NCBI RefSeq assembly: GCF_947568905.1
Contig: NC_079172.1
Coordinates: 26,970,001-27,034,000 of the forward strand
Direction of reading: 5' to 3'
Length of the DNA stretch: 64,000 bases
DNA from: Ostrea edulis
Taxonomy: Eukaryota
Each line of letters begins with the position of its first letter. Position 1 is the stretch's first letter. Below, piece after piece: positions 48,474 to 60,949 of the stretch. The translations under genes and the position numbers were made by a program. A model generated the notes under the pieces. The model was not told the DNA's origin and made no database searches. It saw only the letters and a list, made by a program, of their open reading frames with translations.

Positions 48474-51332
48474 ATCCACAATGATCACCTATGTACCACC
48501 ACCACACAATGATCACCTATGTACCACCTCCACACAATGATTACCTATGTACCACCACCACACAATGATTACCTATGTACCACCACCACACAATGATCAC
48601 CTATGTACCACCTCCACACAATGATCACCTATGTACCACCTCCACACAATGATCACCTATGTACCACCTCCACACAATGATCACCTATGTACCACCACCA
48701 CACAATGATCACCTATGTACCACCTCCACACAATGATAATCCGTGTACCACCTCCACACAATGATAATCCGTGTACCACCTCCACACAATGATCACCTAT
48801 GTACCACCTCCACACAATGATCACCTATGTACCACCTCCACACAATGATCACCTATGTACCACCACCACACAATGATCACCTATGTACCACCTCCACACA
48901 ATGATAATCCGTGTACCACCTCCACACAATGATCACCTATGTACCACCTCCACACAATGATCACCTATGTACCACCACCACACAATGATCACCTATGTAC
49001 CACCTTCACTCAATCCTACTCCGTGTACCACATCCATTCAATCATAATCTGTGTTCCACATCCACTCAATCATAATCTGTGTACCACATCCACTCAATGA
49101 TAATCTGTGTACCACATCCACTTAATTATGATATGTGTACCACATTCACTCAATTATAATATGTGTGTACCACATCCACTCAATGATAATATGTGTACCA
49201 CATCCATTCAATTATAATCTGTGTACCACATCCATTCAATTATAATCTGTGTACCACATCCGCTCGATGATAATCTTAGTACCACACCCACACAATTATA
49301 ATCTGTGTGCCACACCCACCCAATTATAATCTGTGTACCATCTTTACTCAATGCTACTCCGTGTACCACATCCATTCAATTATAATCTGTGTACCACATC
49401 CACTCGATGATAATCTTAGTACTACACCCACACAATTATAATCTGTGTGCCACATCCACTCAATTATAATATGTGTACCATTTTCACTCAATGCTACTCC
49501 GTGTACCACATCCATTCAATTATAATCTGTGTACCACATCCACACAATTATAATCTGTGTACCACATCCACTCAATGGTAATCTGTGTACCACCTTCACT
49601 CAATGATAATCAGCACCACATCCACTCAATGATAATCAGTGTATCAAATCCACTCAATCATAATCTGTGTACCAAATTCACTCAATTATAATCTGTGTAC
49701 CACATCCATTCAATGAAAATCTGTGTACCACATTCACTCAATGATAATATGGGTAGCACATCCACACAATTATAAGATGTTTACCAATTCCACACAATTA
49801 TAATCTGTGTACCACCTTTACTCAATGATATTCTGTGTACCACATCCACTCAATAATAATCTATGTACCACATCCACTCAATGGCAATCTCAGTGCCACA
49901 TCCACTCATTTATAATATATATACCACATCCACTCAATTATAATCTGTGTACCACATGCACTTGAGGATAATTTGTGTTCTACATCCACTCAATGATAAA
50001 TGTGTGTACCACATCCACTCAATGATAATCGGTGTACCCCATCCACTCAATAATAATCTATGTACCACATCCACTCAATGACAATCTCAGTGCCACATCC
50101 ACTCATTTATAATATATATACCACATCCACTCAATTATAATCTGTGTACCACATCCACTCAATGATAATCTGCATCCACTCAATGATAATCTGTGTACCA
50201 CATCCACTCAATGATAATCTGTGTACCACATCCACTCAATTATAATCTGTATACCACATCCACTCAAAGATAATCTGTGTACCACATCCACTCAATTATA
50301 ATCAGGGTACCACATCCACACAATGATAATCTGTGTACCACATCCACTCAATGATATTCTGTGTACCACATCCACTCAATTATAATCAGGGTACCACATC
50401 CACACAATGATAATCTGTGTACCACATCCACTCAATGAAATTCTGTGTACCACATCCACTCTATGATAATCTGTGTACCACATTCACTCAATTATAATCA
50501 GGGTACCACATCCACACAATGATAATCTGTGTACCACATCCACTCAATGATATTCTGTGTACCACATCCACTCAATTATAATCAGGGTATCAGTGCCACA
50601 TCCACTCATTTATAATATATATACCACATCCACACAATGATAATCTGTGTACCACATCCACTCAATGATATTCTGTGTACCACATCCACTCTATGATAAT
50701 CTGTGTACCACATCCACTCAATTATAATCAGGGTACCACATCCACTCAATGATAATTTGTGTACCACATCCGCTCAATGATAATATGTGTACCACATCCA
50801 CTCAATTATAATCTGTGTACCACATCCACTCAAATATAACCTGTGTACCACATCCACTCAAATATAACCTGTGTACCACATCCACTCAATTATAATCTGT
50901 GTACCACATCCACTCAAAGATAATCTGTGTACCACATTCACTCAATTATAATCTGTGCACCACATCCACTCAATGATAATCTGTGTACCACATCCACTCA
51001 ATGATAATCTGTGTATCACATCCACACAATTATAATCTGTGTACCACATCCACTCAATGATAGTATATGTACCATATCCACTCAATGACAATCTCAGTAC
51101 CAAATCCACTCAATTATAATCTGTTCACCACATCCACTCAATTATAATCTGTATATCACCTTCACTAAATGATATTCTGTGTACCACCCCCACTCAATTA
51201 TAATCTGTGTACCACATCCAAACAATGATAATCTGTGTACCACACCCACTTAATTATAATCTGTGTACCACATCCACTCAATTATAATCTGTGTACCACA
51301 CCCACTCAATTATAATCTGTGTACCACATCCA
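48474..51332. repeat. 28-bp minisatellite array, left arm (about 100 monomers)
   Basis: Main unit ATAATCTGTGTACCACATCCACTCAAT(G/T); the distal block 48474-49005 uses the variant AATGATCACCTATGTACCACC(A/T)CCACAC. Confidence 0.97.
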
Positions 51333-51333
51333 A

Positions 51334-54300
51334 ATGCAAGGTGAAGATAACGAACAGTGATCAATCTCATAACTCCTATAAGCAATACAAAATAGATAGT
51401 TGGGCAAACACGGACCCCTGGACACACCAGAGGTGGGATCAGGTGCCTAGGAGGAGTAAGCATCCCCTGTTGACCGGTCACACCCGCCGTGAGCCCCATA
51501 TCCTGATCAGGTAAACGGAGTTATCCGCAGTCAAAATCAGTGTACCAAGAACGGCTTAACAATCGGTATGAAACACGTCAGACAGCATTTGACCCAATGC
51601 GAGGTTGTATTGACGAACTAGATCGTTATAACGACCATAGAATTTGCGAAATGCTGACTTCAATCGAGACTGTTGAAATCCCTGTACCATCAACTTGTTT
51701 GTCAGTAGCTTACCTCGATTTAAAAACTGACTATACCCAGAACAAGCTCTTGCATATCGAATCAGTTGAGATATATAAACACCATATGCAGGTGATAATG
51801 GAATATTGCTACATAAATGTGGGAAGTTGACGATGGAGAAGCTGAAATCATCCCGTTTGTCATACAGTTGAGTTGTTAGTTTGCGTTAATGTCTACTTTC
51901 AATAAAATATCTAAGTATGAAGCAGAAGTGGACGACTCTGTGGTGTCCTTTATTTCGAGCTCACAGGGATATATCAAATCGACATATGAATGAAGCTATC
52001 ATTGTTAATAGACAAAACGTCATCGATATATCTAAAAGTCGAATTGAAGGTTACAACGAGAGATTTTTTCTTCTCTCGTAGAAGTTTTTGAATAAATTCT
52101 GCTTCATATGAATATAAAAGCAGGTCAGCTAACAAAGGAGCACAATTCGTGCCCATGGGAATTCCAACAGACTGTTGGAAGACCTGATCACCAAAGACCA
52201 CGAAGATATTGTCAATGAGGAACTCTAGCATATTTTTTATTTCAACTTCAGAGTACTTGTGCGTGGAATCAGAGTGGTGTTTAACAAAGTAAGTTTTTCA
52301 ATGACTGATCACTAGATATGAATATTTCCGTTTTCCGTTTTTGTTGAAGAAGCAACTGTCTATGATGTCAAAAAGTCTAGTCTTTAATTTATCGTGAGGA
52401 ATGGTCGTGTATAGTGTTGAAAAGTCATAGGTTTTAATGCTATTGATTTGGGGGAAATTCTGCGATTTCAAGTTTACTAAAAGTTCTTTAGAATTTTTTA
52501 GAATCCACATTTGATTAACACCACTTCTGGCATATGTAGTCGCACAGTAAGTTTGAAGTTTCTCCTTCACAGCTGTTAACATTTTCGTGAGGAGCAAAGA
52601 TAGGGGCTTGGTAGAGCACTTACTGGATCCAGCAATGTATCTTTGTTTGTAAGGGTTTTTATGTAGTTTAGGAATCCAGTATAAGTACGGCAACTCATAC
52701 TCACTCGACCCATTGACTGGAATATTAAATGTGTCTAAAAGTGAAGCATGGTTTTGAAGAATTTCGTCTTTTGAAAGGGCAGTTGGAGTATAAGTATGAT
52801 TACCAAAAGTGGAACCAATGCCAAGTCCGTTTAAAATACATTTGTAATAATGAGCCTTACAAAGACAATGTTGTTACTAGCTTTGTCAGCTGGAACCAAA
52901 ACATACTCCTCATGTAACCTATCTAATTCTTTTATCACTTCTGGTTTACTAAACACAGAAGGATAGATGGTACGTACTTTTGTTTTCATGTGTCTAATGC
53001 GGGATTTTAATATCCCTCTTATGCTTTTAACCCATTCTGACAATGTATCAAGTTCTTCGTTTTCATATTTAGCCCATCGTCTGGCATAATCTTCGACAGA
53101 ACTCATAATAGAGATGAAGTTCTGTCGCCAATTAAAAGACCGAGGTTTTCTGTATTTAGGACCTTTAAGAATAAGTGATTTGAGGTCCTCATTTTCAACT
53201 ATATCAACATCACCAGTAATGACATGTCCAGCTGGACTGTAGTTGAAAGAAGATGAAGAACAAGAACATGTTGGTGGATTACGTATAAGATGGTCTATAT
53301 CTAAGCACTGCAAAGTTTGTTTATAATTAAAAAGTTTGGATGCAATAGTAGAAGTATAGCTGTAGGAAATACAGGGTGTAGACTTGAACTTGAAATAAGT
53401 TGGAATACACGACTGAACCCTTTTATGACGAAGAATGTTGCTTATGTTGACGGCATCTATTCCTTTGTTTGTAAATTTGAGCTTAAGGAACTGACGGCAT
53501 GATTTGGAAGGAATATCATCCATGGTCCGTGCTGGTTTATAGAGCCTGTGGTAGGCAACATCCACAATCATAGAGTTAAGTCTATATTCAGGTGTTGAAA
53601 AATCCAAGTATAGACTAGCCATATCTTCCTCAAATAACGTATGTAAAACCCTCAATGGAATAGAGTAAAGTTTTGTACGAATATGATGTGGACCCAATTG
53701 TCTGTTGACGTGAGGCAAAAGTGAATCAAACGTGACATCATTTATACTTGGTCTTTTATATGAACGATGTCCATGACTGCGTTTTCGTCTTTGGGTATTG
53801 GGAAAGAGTCCCGTCACATTAACGTTATTTCCTTGTGGACTAGTCAAATTTCCCACATCATATACATTATCATTGCATCCATATGGAAATGCAGTGCCTA
53901 GGGTCCTGATCCAGTGATCTTCTCGTTGTCTACGAAAAGGGATGCTTAATGTAGGATTGTTTGTGTGATGGTAATTTTTTTTCTAAAATCCTTACCCTCA
54001 TGGACAAGATGGAGTGGTCCGGTGCATTAAAATGCTTGTAAAGAAGTTGGTTACCACCATTATTAATTTGAAATTTGTGCCCCGATATTCTTTTATTAAG
54101 TGAACCCTTGGTTTCTCCCACATAAATTAAGCCACACAGGTTACACTCAATGGCGTAGACAACATTAGAAGATTTACAAGTCAGATCATCAAACGTTTTG
54201 GTACAGAAACTACGTCCAGTTAAATTACTACTAAATGAATTTTTAGTGATCAGTATATCACAAGTTTTGCAATTTTTTGCAGAACATTTTGAGGTTGAAC

Positions 54301-54457
54301 ACATGAGGTCTGAAAAGGAATTATCAAATATATCTCTTAAAGGAACATAACAGTCTTTAATTTGGGTATAAGAATTTTGGTTTCTGTACCAAAGCTGACA
54401 ATCTGACGATTGTACATACGACAAATCTTTGATATCTCGAAGGATAATCCGAGGGAC
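51334..54457 (-). mobile_element. Near-full-length Naiad-type Penelope-like retroelement (GIY-YIG, CxC, RT domain order)
   Basis: Minus strand: CSAKNCKTC..LTGRSF..TCKSSNVVYAIECNLCGLIYVGET..RISGH..YKHF..DH (GIY-YIG with CCHH), then REDHWIRTLGTAFPYGCND, the PPTCSC linker, RT motifs ADKASNN, YWIPKLHK, IKTYDFSTLYT, GIPMGTNCAPLLADL, RYIDD, stop at 51556-51558, and a 220-nt 3' UTR. An N-terminal endonuclease with a CxC linker is the defining Naiad/Chlamys order. Confidence 0.92.
51556..54457 (-). pseudogene. Naiad EN-RT polyprotein ORF with five small lesions
   Basis: +1 in the A-run at 53975-53982; 4-bp TTGT deletion near 52860; in-frame TGA at 52298-52300; 1-bp deletions near 51994 and 51884. 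Correcting these joins ORF-track pieces 53930-54511, 52831-53856, 52298-52693 and 51974-52231 into one frame. Confidence 0.88.
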
Positions 54458-55351
54458 ATAATCTGTGTACCACATCCACTCAATGATAATCTGTGTACCA
54501 AATCCACACAATTATAATCTGTGTACCACATCCATTCAATTATAATCTGTGTACCACATCCACTCAATTTTAATCTGTGTACCACATCCACTCGATGATA
54601 ATCTCAGTACCACATCCACACAATTATAATCTGTGTACCACATACACTCAAATATAGTCTGTGTATCACCTTCACAAAATGATAATCTGTATACCATCTT
54701 CACTCAATGCTACTCCATGTAGCACATCCATTCAATTATAATCTGTGTACCACATCAGCTCATTTATAATTTGTGTACCACATCCACACAATTATAATCT
54801 GTGTACCACATCCACTGAATTATAATCTGTGTATCACATCCACTCAATTATAATCTGTGTACCACATCCACTCAATGATAATATGTGTAGCACATCCACA
54901 CAATTATAAGCTGTGTACCACATCCACTCAATTATAATTTGTGTACCACATCCACACAATTATAATCTGTTTACCACCTTCACTCAATGATATTCTGTGT
55001 ACCACATCCACTCAATGGCAATCTCAGTGCCACATCCACTCAATTATAATGTGTATACCACATCCACTCAATTATAATCCGTGTACCACATGCACTCAAT
55101 GATAATCTATGTACCACATCCACTCAATGGCAATCTCAGTGCCACATACACTCAATGATAATCTGTGTACCACATCCACTCAATGATAATCTATGTACCA
55201 CATCCACTCAATGGCAATCTCAGTGCCACATGCACTCAATGACAATCTGTGTACCACATCCATTCAATTTTAATCTATGTACCACATCCATTCAATGATA
55301 ATATGTGTTCCACATCCATTCAATGATAATCTGTGTTCCACATCCACACAA
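54458..55351. repeat. 28-bp minisatellite array, right arm (about 32 monomers)
   Basis: Same unit and same diagnostic variants (e.g. GGCAATCTCAGTGCCACAT) as the left arm. Confidence 0.97.
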
Positions 55352-55914
55352 AATAAAGAGTTACGATATAGGACAATATATTACATGCACAACGTGATCC
55401 AATGATAGTAACGTTATGCTATGTGTATAGTACTAATCTCGACCAGAGAGTTTTACGTAAGCTTGAAGAGCGCCCTCAGGTAAAGAAAATAATTTAGAGC
55501 CTTTTTTCATTGAACAGCTTTGTAATGCAATGTAATGAGGTATAGTACAAGATGATAATTATACAATATGTTGCATGTACAATGTTACTTAACAAGAATA
55601 ACGTTATGATACGTGTATAGTACTAATTTCTGCCAGAGAGAATTACACAAGACTTTGAAGCGCCCTCTAGTAGAGTGAAGGTGAAGATTGCGTAGCGCCC
55701 TCTATCATATGGTAGTAATGTACGATAAAAAAAAAGCAGTGTCAATATCATAATATTGACAACACAAGCGGTATATAATGGAAGTGTTCTTGCAGAATGA
55801 CCTTGCATGTTATCCATTAATATTTATTGCTTAATTCATATCTATAACTATTACAGTAATTTCAAGAGACAAATTGTAGATTATTATGACGTTTCAACGA
55901 CTACATGCAATGGA

Positions 55915-58900
55915 TCATTGTCTGAAAAATCTGCGTAAACCTTGTCTCAAACGAGTATTGTCCCTTGGTTGAACAACATTACTCCTCACATCCTCTCTCA
56001 CTCTGTTTATGAATACCGGAAGTCGTCTAATGAACCACTGTCTGGACAGCGGTAACGGTCTTCGCGAGGGAATCTGTCTCGGGGAAACAGCAGGACGTTG
56101 AATTTCAAAATCACGGATTCTTGGTACAGGTGTGATATCATCGGGGAAGCGCTGGAACCTTCTGACTGGCAGGGGAGTGGTATTCAGTAGAGGACGCTGG
56201 TCACGCACAGACGAGGCACCGGAGGGGACAGTTTGTAATTTTTGGATTTCATAGTAAACCTCGGACATGTAGGTAAATCCTTTCGGATTCAGGTGAATAT
56301 ACACAGTTCCACCACTTGGATTTGTGTTTTGGAAGCAGACATTATTCCCGTCTCTCACAGCTACATAAAAAAGTAAAGTAAAATATAGACAGGGCATTCA
56401 ATATTCTGTAGTATATGAATGCACATTATAAGATAAAAATGACGCACATATAAATCTTGCTGAAACGGGTTACGTATAAGCGATTGAATGTAAAATCAAT
56501 ACATGAAATTAAAAAAGCTTTCCAAAGATATGCAAGTTGATTTAAATAGAGAATAAATTTCGACCCACATGGTAATTATGGTAAGAGACAGGGACCTGTA
56601 AGATAGTAAAAATGCGACTGTTCGTATTCCAAAGATGTATTATGTCAATTCGTCATGGATTTTTCGGGTAATGTTACACCACCACTCATATTTCTCAAAA
56701 TGTTTTAAGATAGGCAAAGTGCTCAATACATAAACATGTATTTTAGAGCATTCGTGCAAAAGAACGTAAATAATCACTTAAAGTAACGCCCCTTTACAAA
56801 ATGTACTCACTTTCCATTCATTTCTTTTGTAATATCATATGCTTTGTCCTAGATTTTAGTTATGTCCTACGATGTCAAGCTTTTACACGCCTAGGGCAGT
56901 GCTACCGCCTTATCGGTCAAAGCTCTTTATTTCACGAGTGGGACAGAATACTTATATTTTCAATTTAAAAATAAAACGTTCCTGTCTTACGTGCGAAATA
57001 AATTCCATATCCATCCACAGAAAGTTGAATTTATATTTCTATTAGTTAATGTCTTCATAATTCAAATATATCATGTAGACTTCACCGGAACAGGATATAC
57101 CACTAATGTAACCGATTAAATTTATTACAATTTCCACAGTTCCAAGGTTAAGCCAGTATAAATCAATCTTATTATAGATACTTAATGTATGAATTCCAAA
57201 ATCTCAGTACTGAAAGTGATTTTAAAAAATGCTAAACTTTACTTAATCATGTATTCAGAAAAATTATGTATTTCATATACGAAAACATCCTTGTTGCATT
57301 TCCTTAACCAAATAATTAAATAGCGAAGACTTCCCGAAAATGTAAGTTTGACAAACTGATTTTCATAAATTTGCGTAAATTAGTGTTGGGAGAAGCGACA
57401 TTTATTGTACCACATGTGACCTAATGCTCCCCACTCTCCCAGGTCTGGACCGAAGGCATACACACGCCTGTCGTTACATACGAAAACAATATTTAATTGC
57501 TCCTTGACGTCACAACTGACAAACTTCAATTGCTGAGAAAACGTTTAACGTATTCCCCCCTGGCACCAATTGAACGATTTTCTATTTCAGTTTGCAGCGA
57601 TTTAATTGTTTACAAAATAACGTGAACGTGTACGTAAGCTCAGCCGGACGTTTCTGTATAGAAATAAATATTGTTCAGACAATAAACTGTGACCTGTCTT
57701 TGCATGTTTGATATAGCTTGATCTCTAGGTTCTTTATGTTGATATAGCTTGATCTCTAGGTTCTTTATGTTGATATAGCTTGATCTCTAGGTTCTTTATG
57801 TTGATATAGCTTGATCTCTAGGTTCTTTATGTTGATATAGCTTGATCTCTAGGTTCTTTATGGTCAACCTGAGCTCGTGTGCGTTGTCCATACATTAATC
57901 ATTGCCTTTCATCATCAACGCACATTGATAAATTAACATTTTCTACTACTTCTCAAGAAACATCTCTATCCATCAAACTATTTTTAAGCAAATTATACGT
58001 AGGTAAAGAGGGTCCTAATTCATTCAGATGAAGGTATGATTACATCATAGATAATCAAAAAGCTCCTTTGCAATGAAAATGTAGAACTTACGTTTAATGT
58101 CTCGTTCTTTGTCATCCCAGGCACGAAGAACATCGAACCGTGTTAATTCTACCAAGCAGATCTGGTATGGGTAATCACGCCAAAACGAGAGTTGCAGCTG
58201 ACCACGTGAGTACATGAATGAGACTTTGCCAATTTCACATGTAGGATTGACGTCTAAGTAGAACGGTTGTCTTTGACTTTTTATTCTACAATAATTTCCA
58301 AAGTGTCAATATTCTAAAAGGTAACATGATATACCAGCAAACGTTTTAGCAATATAGCACATTTTCTTTGGCAATGAGTTACTTTAAAAGAAATACTTTA
58401 GTATTTGCGAAATCGATATCCAGTTCGGTGTAAATGATTATGGTAATAAGTATTAAGTTTCAATATTTTGGAATTTCACAGGGATAAAAAACGTTATATA
58501 GTATTATCCTTTGTTATAAAATGAAAACAAGATGTGTTTCTGAAAATTCCTCCAGAGTGGTCACATTCAAATATGACAAAATTAACCTTGATGACCTTCA
58601 CCTCTTGGTGTATCAAGTAAGAAGTTTGATCGATCCTGCATAGTGCACAAGTTACGCCCCGGGGAAGAAACTCGAGTTTGGGGTTACCTGTAACTTTTTT
58701 CATGGCATACAATGTATGATAACTTTATGTATATTTTTACCAAGAGCAATTAACAAGACACTTGTCAATTTATTATAAATAGTAATATTAGTGTTTTGTT
58801 ATTATTTACGACAGTTCAGAAATGCATACATATACAAAGAGACCGCGAGCATGCATCAAAACAGCACTGTGTAATCAGTAAATAATTCACGGAGCTTTAA

Positions 58901-60949
58901 AAATGCACAGTTTTATGAATCGAATTCGCAATATAAGTCACTTACACAACGGATACCTTAGATTGAAATCAAGTTCGTGTAATAGTAGCAAATCCACTCG
59001 TAGGAATATTTATTAAAAGTGACGTAACAATTGCATGTTCAATTAATGTCAAATTACCAGTATCTATTAGAATACCTAATTATAAAACCTATAAGGTTAT
59101 GATCTTCAAGTTATAATATTCCATGAAGCGGTAATGTGTAAGTCATAATCGCTTACTACATGTAGTTAGTATTTTAAGCTGTAGAGCGCAAAAGAGTATC
59201 ATGCCTCTTCCTTTTATAGTACCCATCCATTTGTCGTTTTCTACTTAACTAGAAGATTTCATGATTAACTGCGTTAGGTCACTTGAAGTAAAATCAGATA
59301 CACAAATTAGAAATTCAGAGACCCCACCCATGTGAACAAGATTTTAACCACACAATTCCTCTCACATTTGCAGGAGAAATACTGCGTTGCTTAGAGATTA
59401 TAGTCCCTATTCATCTTTTGAATTGAACAGGCCAGTGTCAATGGAGATTAAATTTCAATGGTGTGTATACGCCACAGTTTGTAGAGACTTGGTTTTTTTC
59501 TTTTCCCCGATGCACAAGCAAAGTGCATGTAGTATATGCATAATTGCTGTGACTGTGGGCCTTTCAGAATGTGGCCAAAATATCATCGATGCATCATCGG
59601 TACCACAAATTATTCGAAACAATAACTAAACAGGCGAATTCGTTTAGTATAGATGGAAATTTAAGATATCTAAAGCAGCGTGTCCGCCCATGTTCAGATA
59701 CATGTAAAGGAAACGCACAACAGATTAAGAGTTGTAACCAAAAGTGTAAACATCACTTTCCTTTAAACTATTGAGGATAAAGTGATGGGTAATCTTTGTA
59801 GAAGTTACTATTTCCTTAATTTTCCCTTCATATAATTAATTTCAAATCCAGTGTGTTGCAGTACCAATGTTTTAAGAACGATTCCTCATTTGAAGATCGT
59901 AATTTATATACATCATGTGAACTTAGCTTTGCTGCGATGTAATAACCAAAATATACTAAGGGAATGTAATCGATCACAGTTGGTTTAGACAATTCATCTT
60001 GTGTGTTTTGGAACTTCCTTCACATCATCAATTGTGCACGCACTTTAAATTAGGAAAAACTAATTAAGGCTAACGTAATACATTAATGTCAAACATTTTA
60101 ATTTCGAATAATATCAAAAATGCAACCAAAAAAAAAGAACTAAAGATCTAGTTTTCCACGTATTACTATTACTTAAATTAATTAATTACTATTAATTCTG
60201 GGGTCGTTTTAATTATCTAATGTGCAAATTAAACCTATCATTGGGTCTAATGCTGTCTGACGTTTATCATACCAATTGTTAAGCCGTTCTTGAGATATTG
60301 ATTTTGACTACGGATTATTCCGTTTGCCTGATCAAGTTATTGGGGCTCAGCGCGGATGTGACCGGTAAACAGGAGATGCTTACTCCTTCTAGGCACATGA
60401 TTCCATCTTTGGTATGTCCATTTGCTCATTGTTCGTTATCTTTACTTAATCCTTTGTTAATATACCCAAAAATTAACAGTATTAGTGTACAGTTCTGTCA
60501 TGTACATTAATGTTTTGGGTTTTTTTTAGAATATGTGTCTGATGAATTTGAAATAAAATTCATATGAAGAACGAATGAATAAATCCATTATAATATAGTT
60601 GAAAAATACCAATTGATATGACTATTCTTAAGTCTTTTGAAATATATCTTTAACTTTGTAACAGAGGCCAGAATGATTATCGAAGTATTGTAATCCTTTG
60701 GTAATGGACGGAATATTATACAATTTATTCAGAAGTTTAACTCAATCAAATACTAGTACATGTATTTTGCATAGAGATGTATAACAAAATGAAATGACGA
60801 GTATTTTAGGTATTGTATCTCATTACTCACCCAGCAAGCTTTTGTTTGCATTGTTCCCGAGACAGGCGATCTTTCAGAGTTTTAAATGGTATAGCACAAT
60901 TCCCAAACGCGATAAATCCTAAAAAGATAGTTCCTATCAATGTCTTCAT
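55915..60949 (-). CDS. Secreted meteorin-like protein A (CUB-like domain only, Arg/Pro-rich tail), 252 aa, 3 coding exons
   Basis: Exons 60949-60831 (donor GTGAGT, phase 2), 58285-58092 (acceptor TATTGTAG, donor GTAAGT, phase 1) and 56360-55915 (acceptor TTTTTTATGTAG); 759 nt. Signal peptide MKTLIGTIFLGFIAFGNC; then SREQCKQKLAG|I..PTCEIGKVSFMYSRGQLQLSF..QICL..NVCF..TVYIHLNP..VYYEI, matching recalled meteorin/METRNL spacing (RCSWKGSG..LRCAAGAVEWMYPTGAL..VC..QCF..LFVEATP..FQYEL). A 5' UTR acceptor at 61014 and a possible TATAAA at 61244-61249 lie upstream. The gene model is solid; the family assignment is an alignment by eye. Confidence 0.75.
57709..57861. repeat. 31-bp tandem repeat, 5 copies
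   Basis: TGATATAGCTTGATCTCTAGGTTCTTTATGT at 57709, 57740, 57771, 57802 and 57833. Confidence 0.96.
60241..60447 (+). mobile_element. Decayed Naiad 3' fragment
   Basis: ATGCTGTCTGACGTTT..GTTAAGCCGTTCTTG..GATGCTTACTCCTTCTAGGCAC..CATTGTTCGTTATCTT. Confidence 0.8.

Noticed and set aside
48474-55351. CRISPR-like array
   Set aside because: Head-to-tail 28-bp monomers with no unique spacers, no cas genes, and a eukaryotic context.
59660-59755. Thrombospondin-like fragment QRVRPCSDTCKGNAQQIKSCNQKC on the + strand
   Set aside because: Lacks the WSxW half, has no convincing donor or partner exons, and lies antisense inside an intron of meteorin-like gene A.
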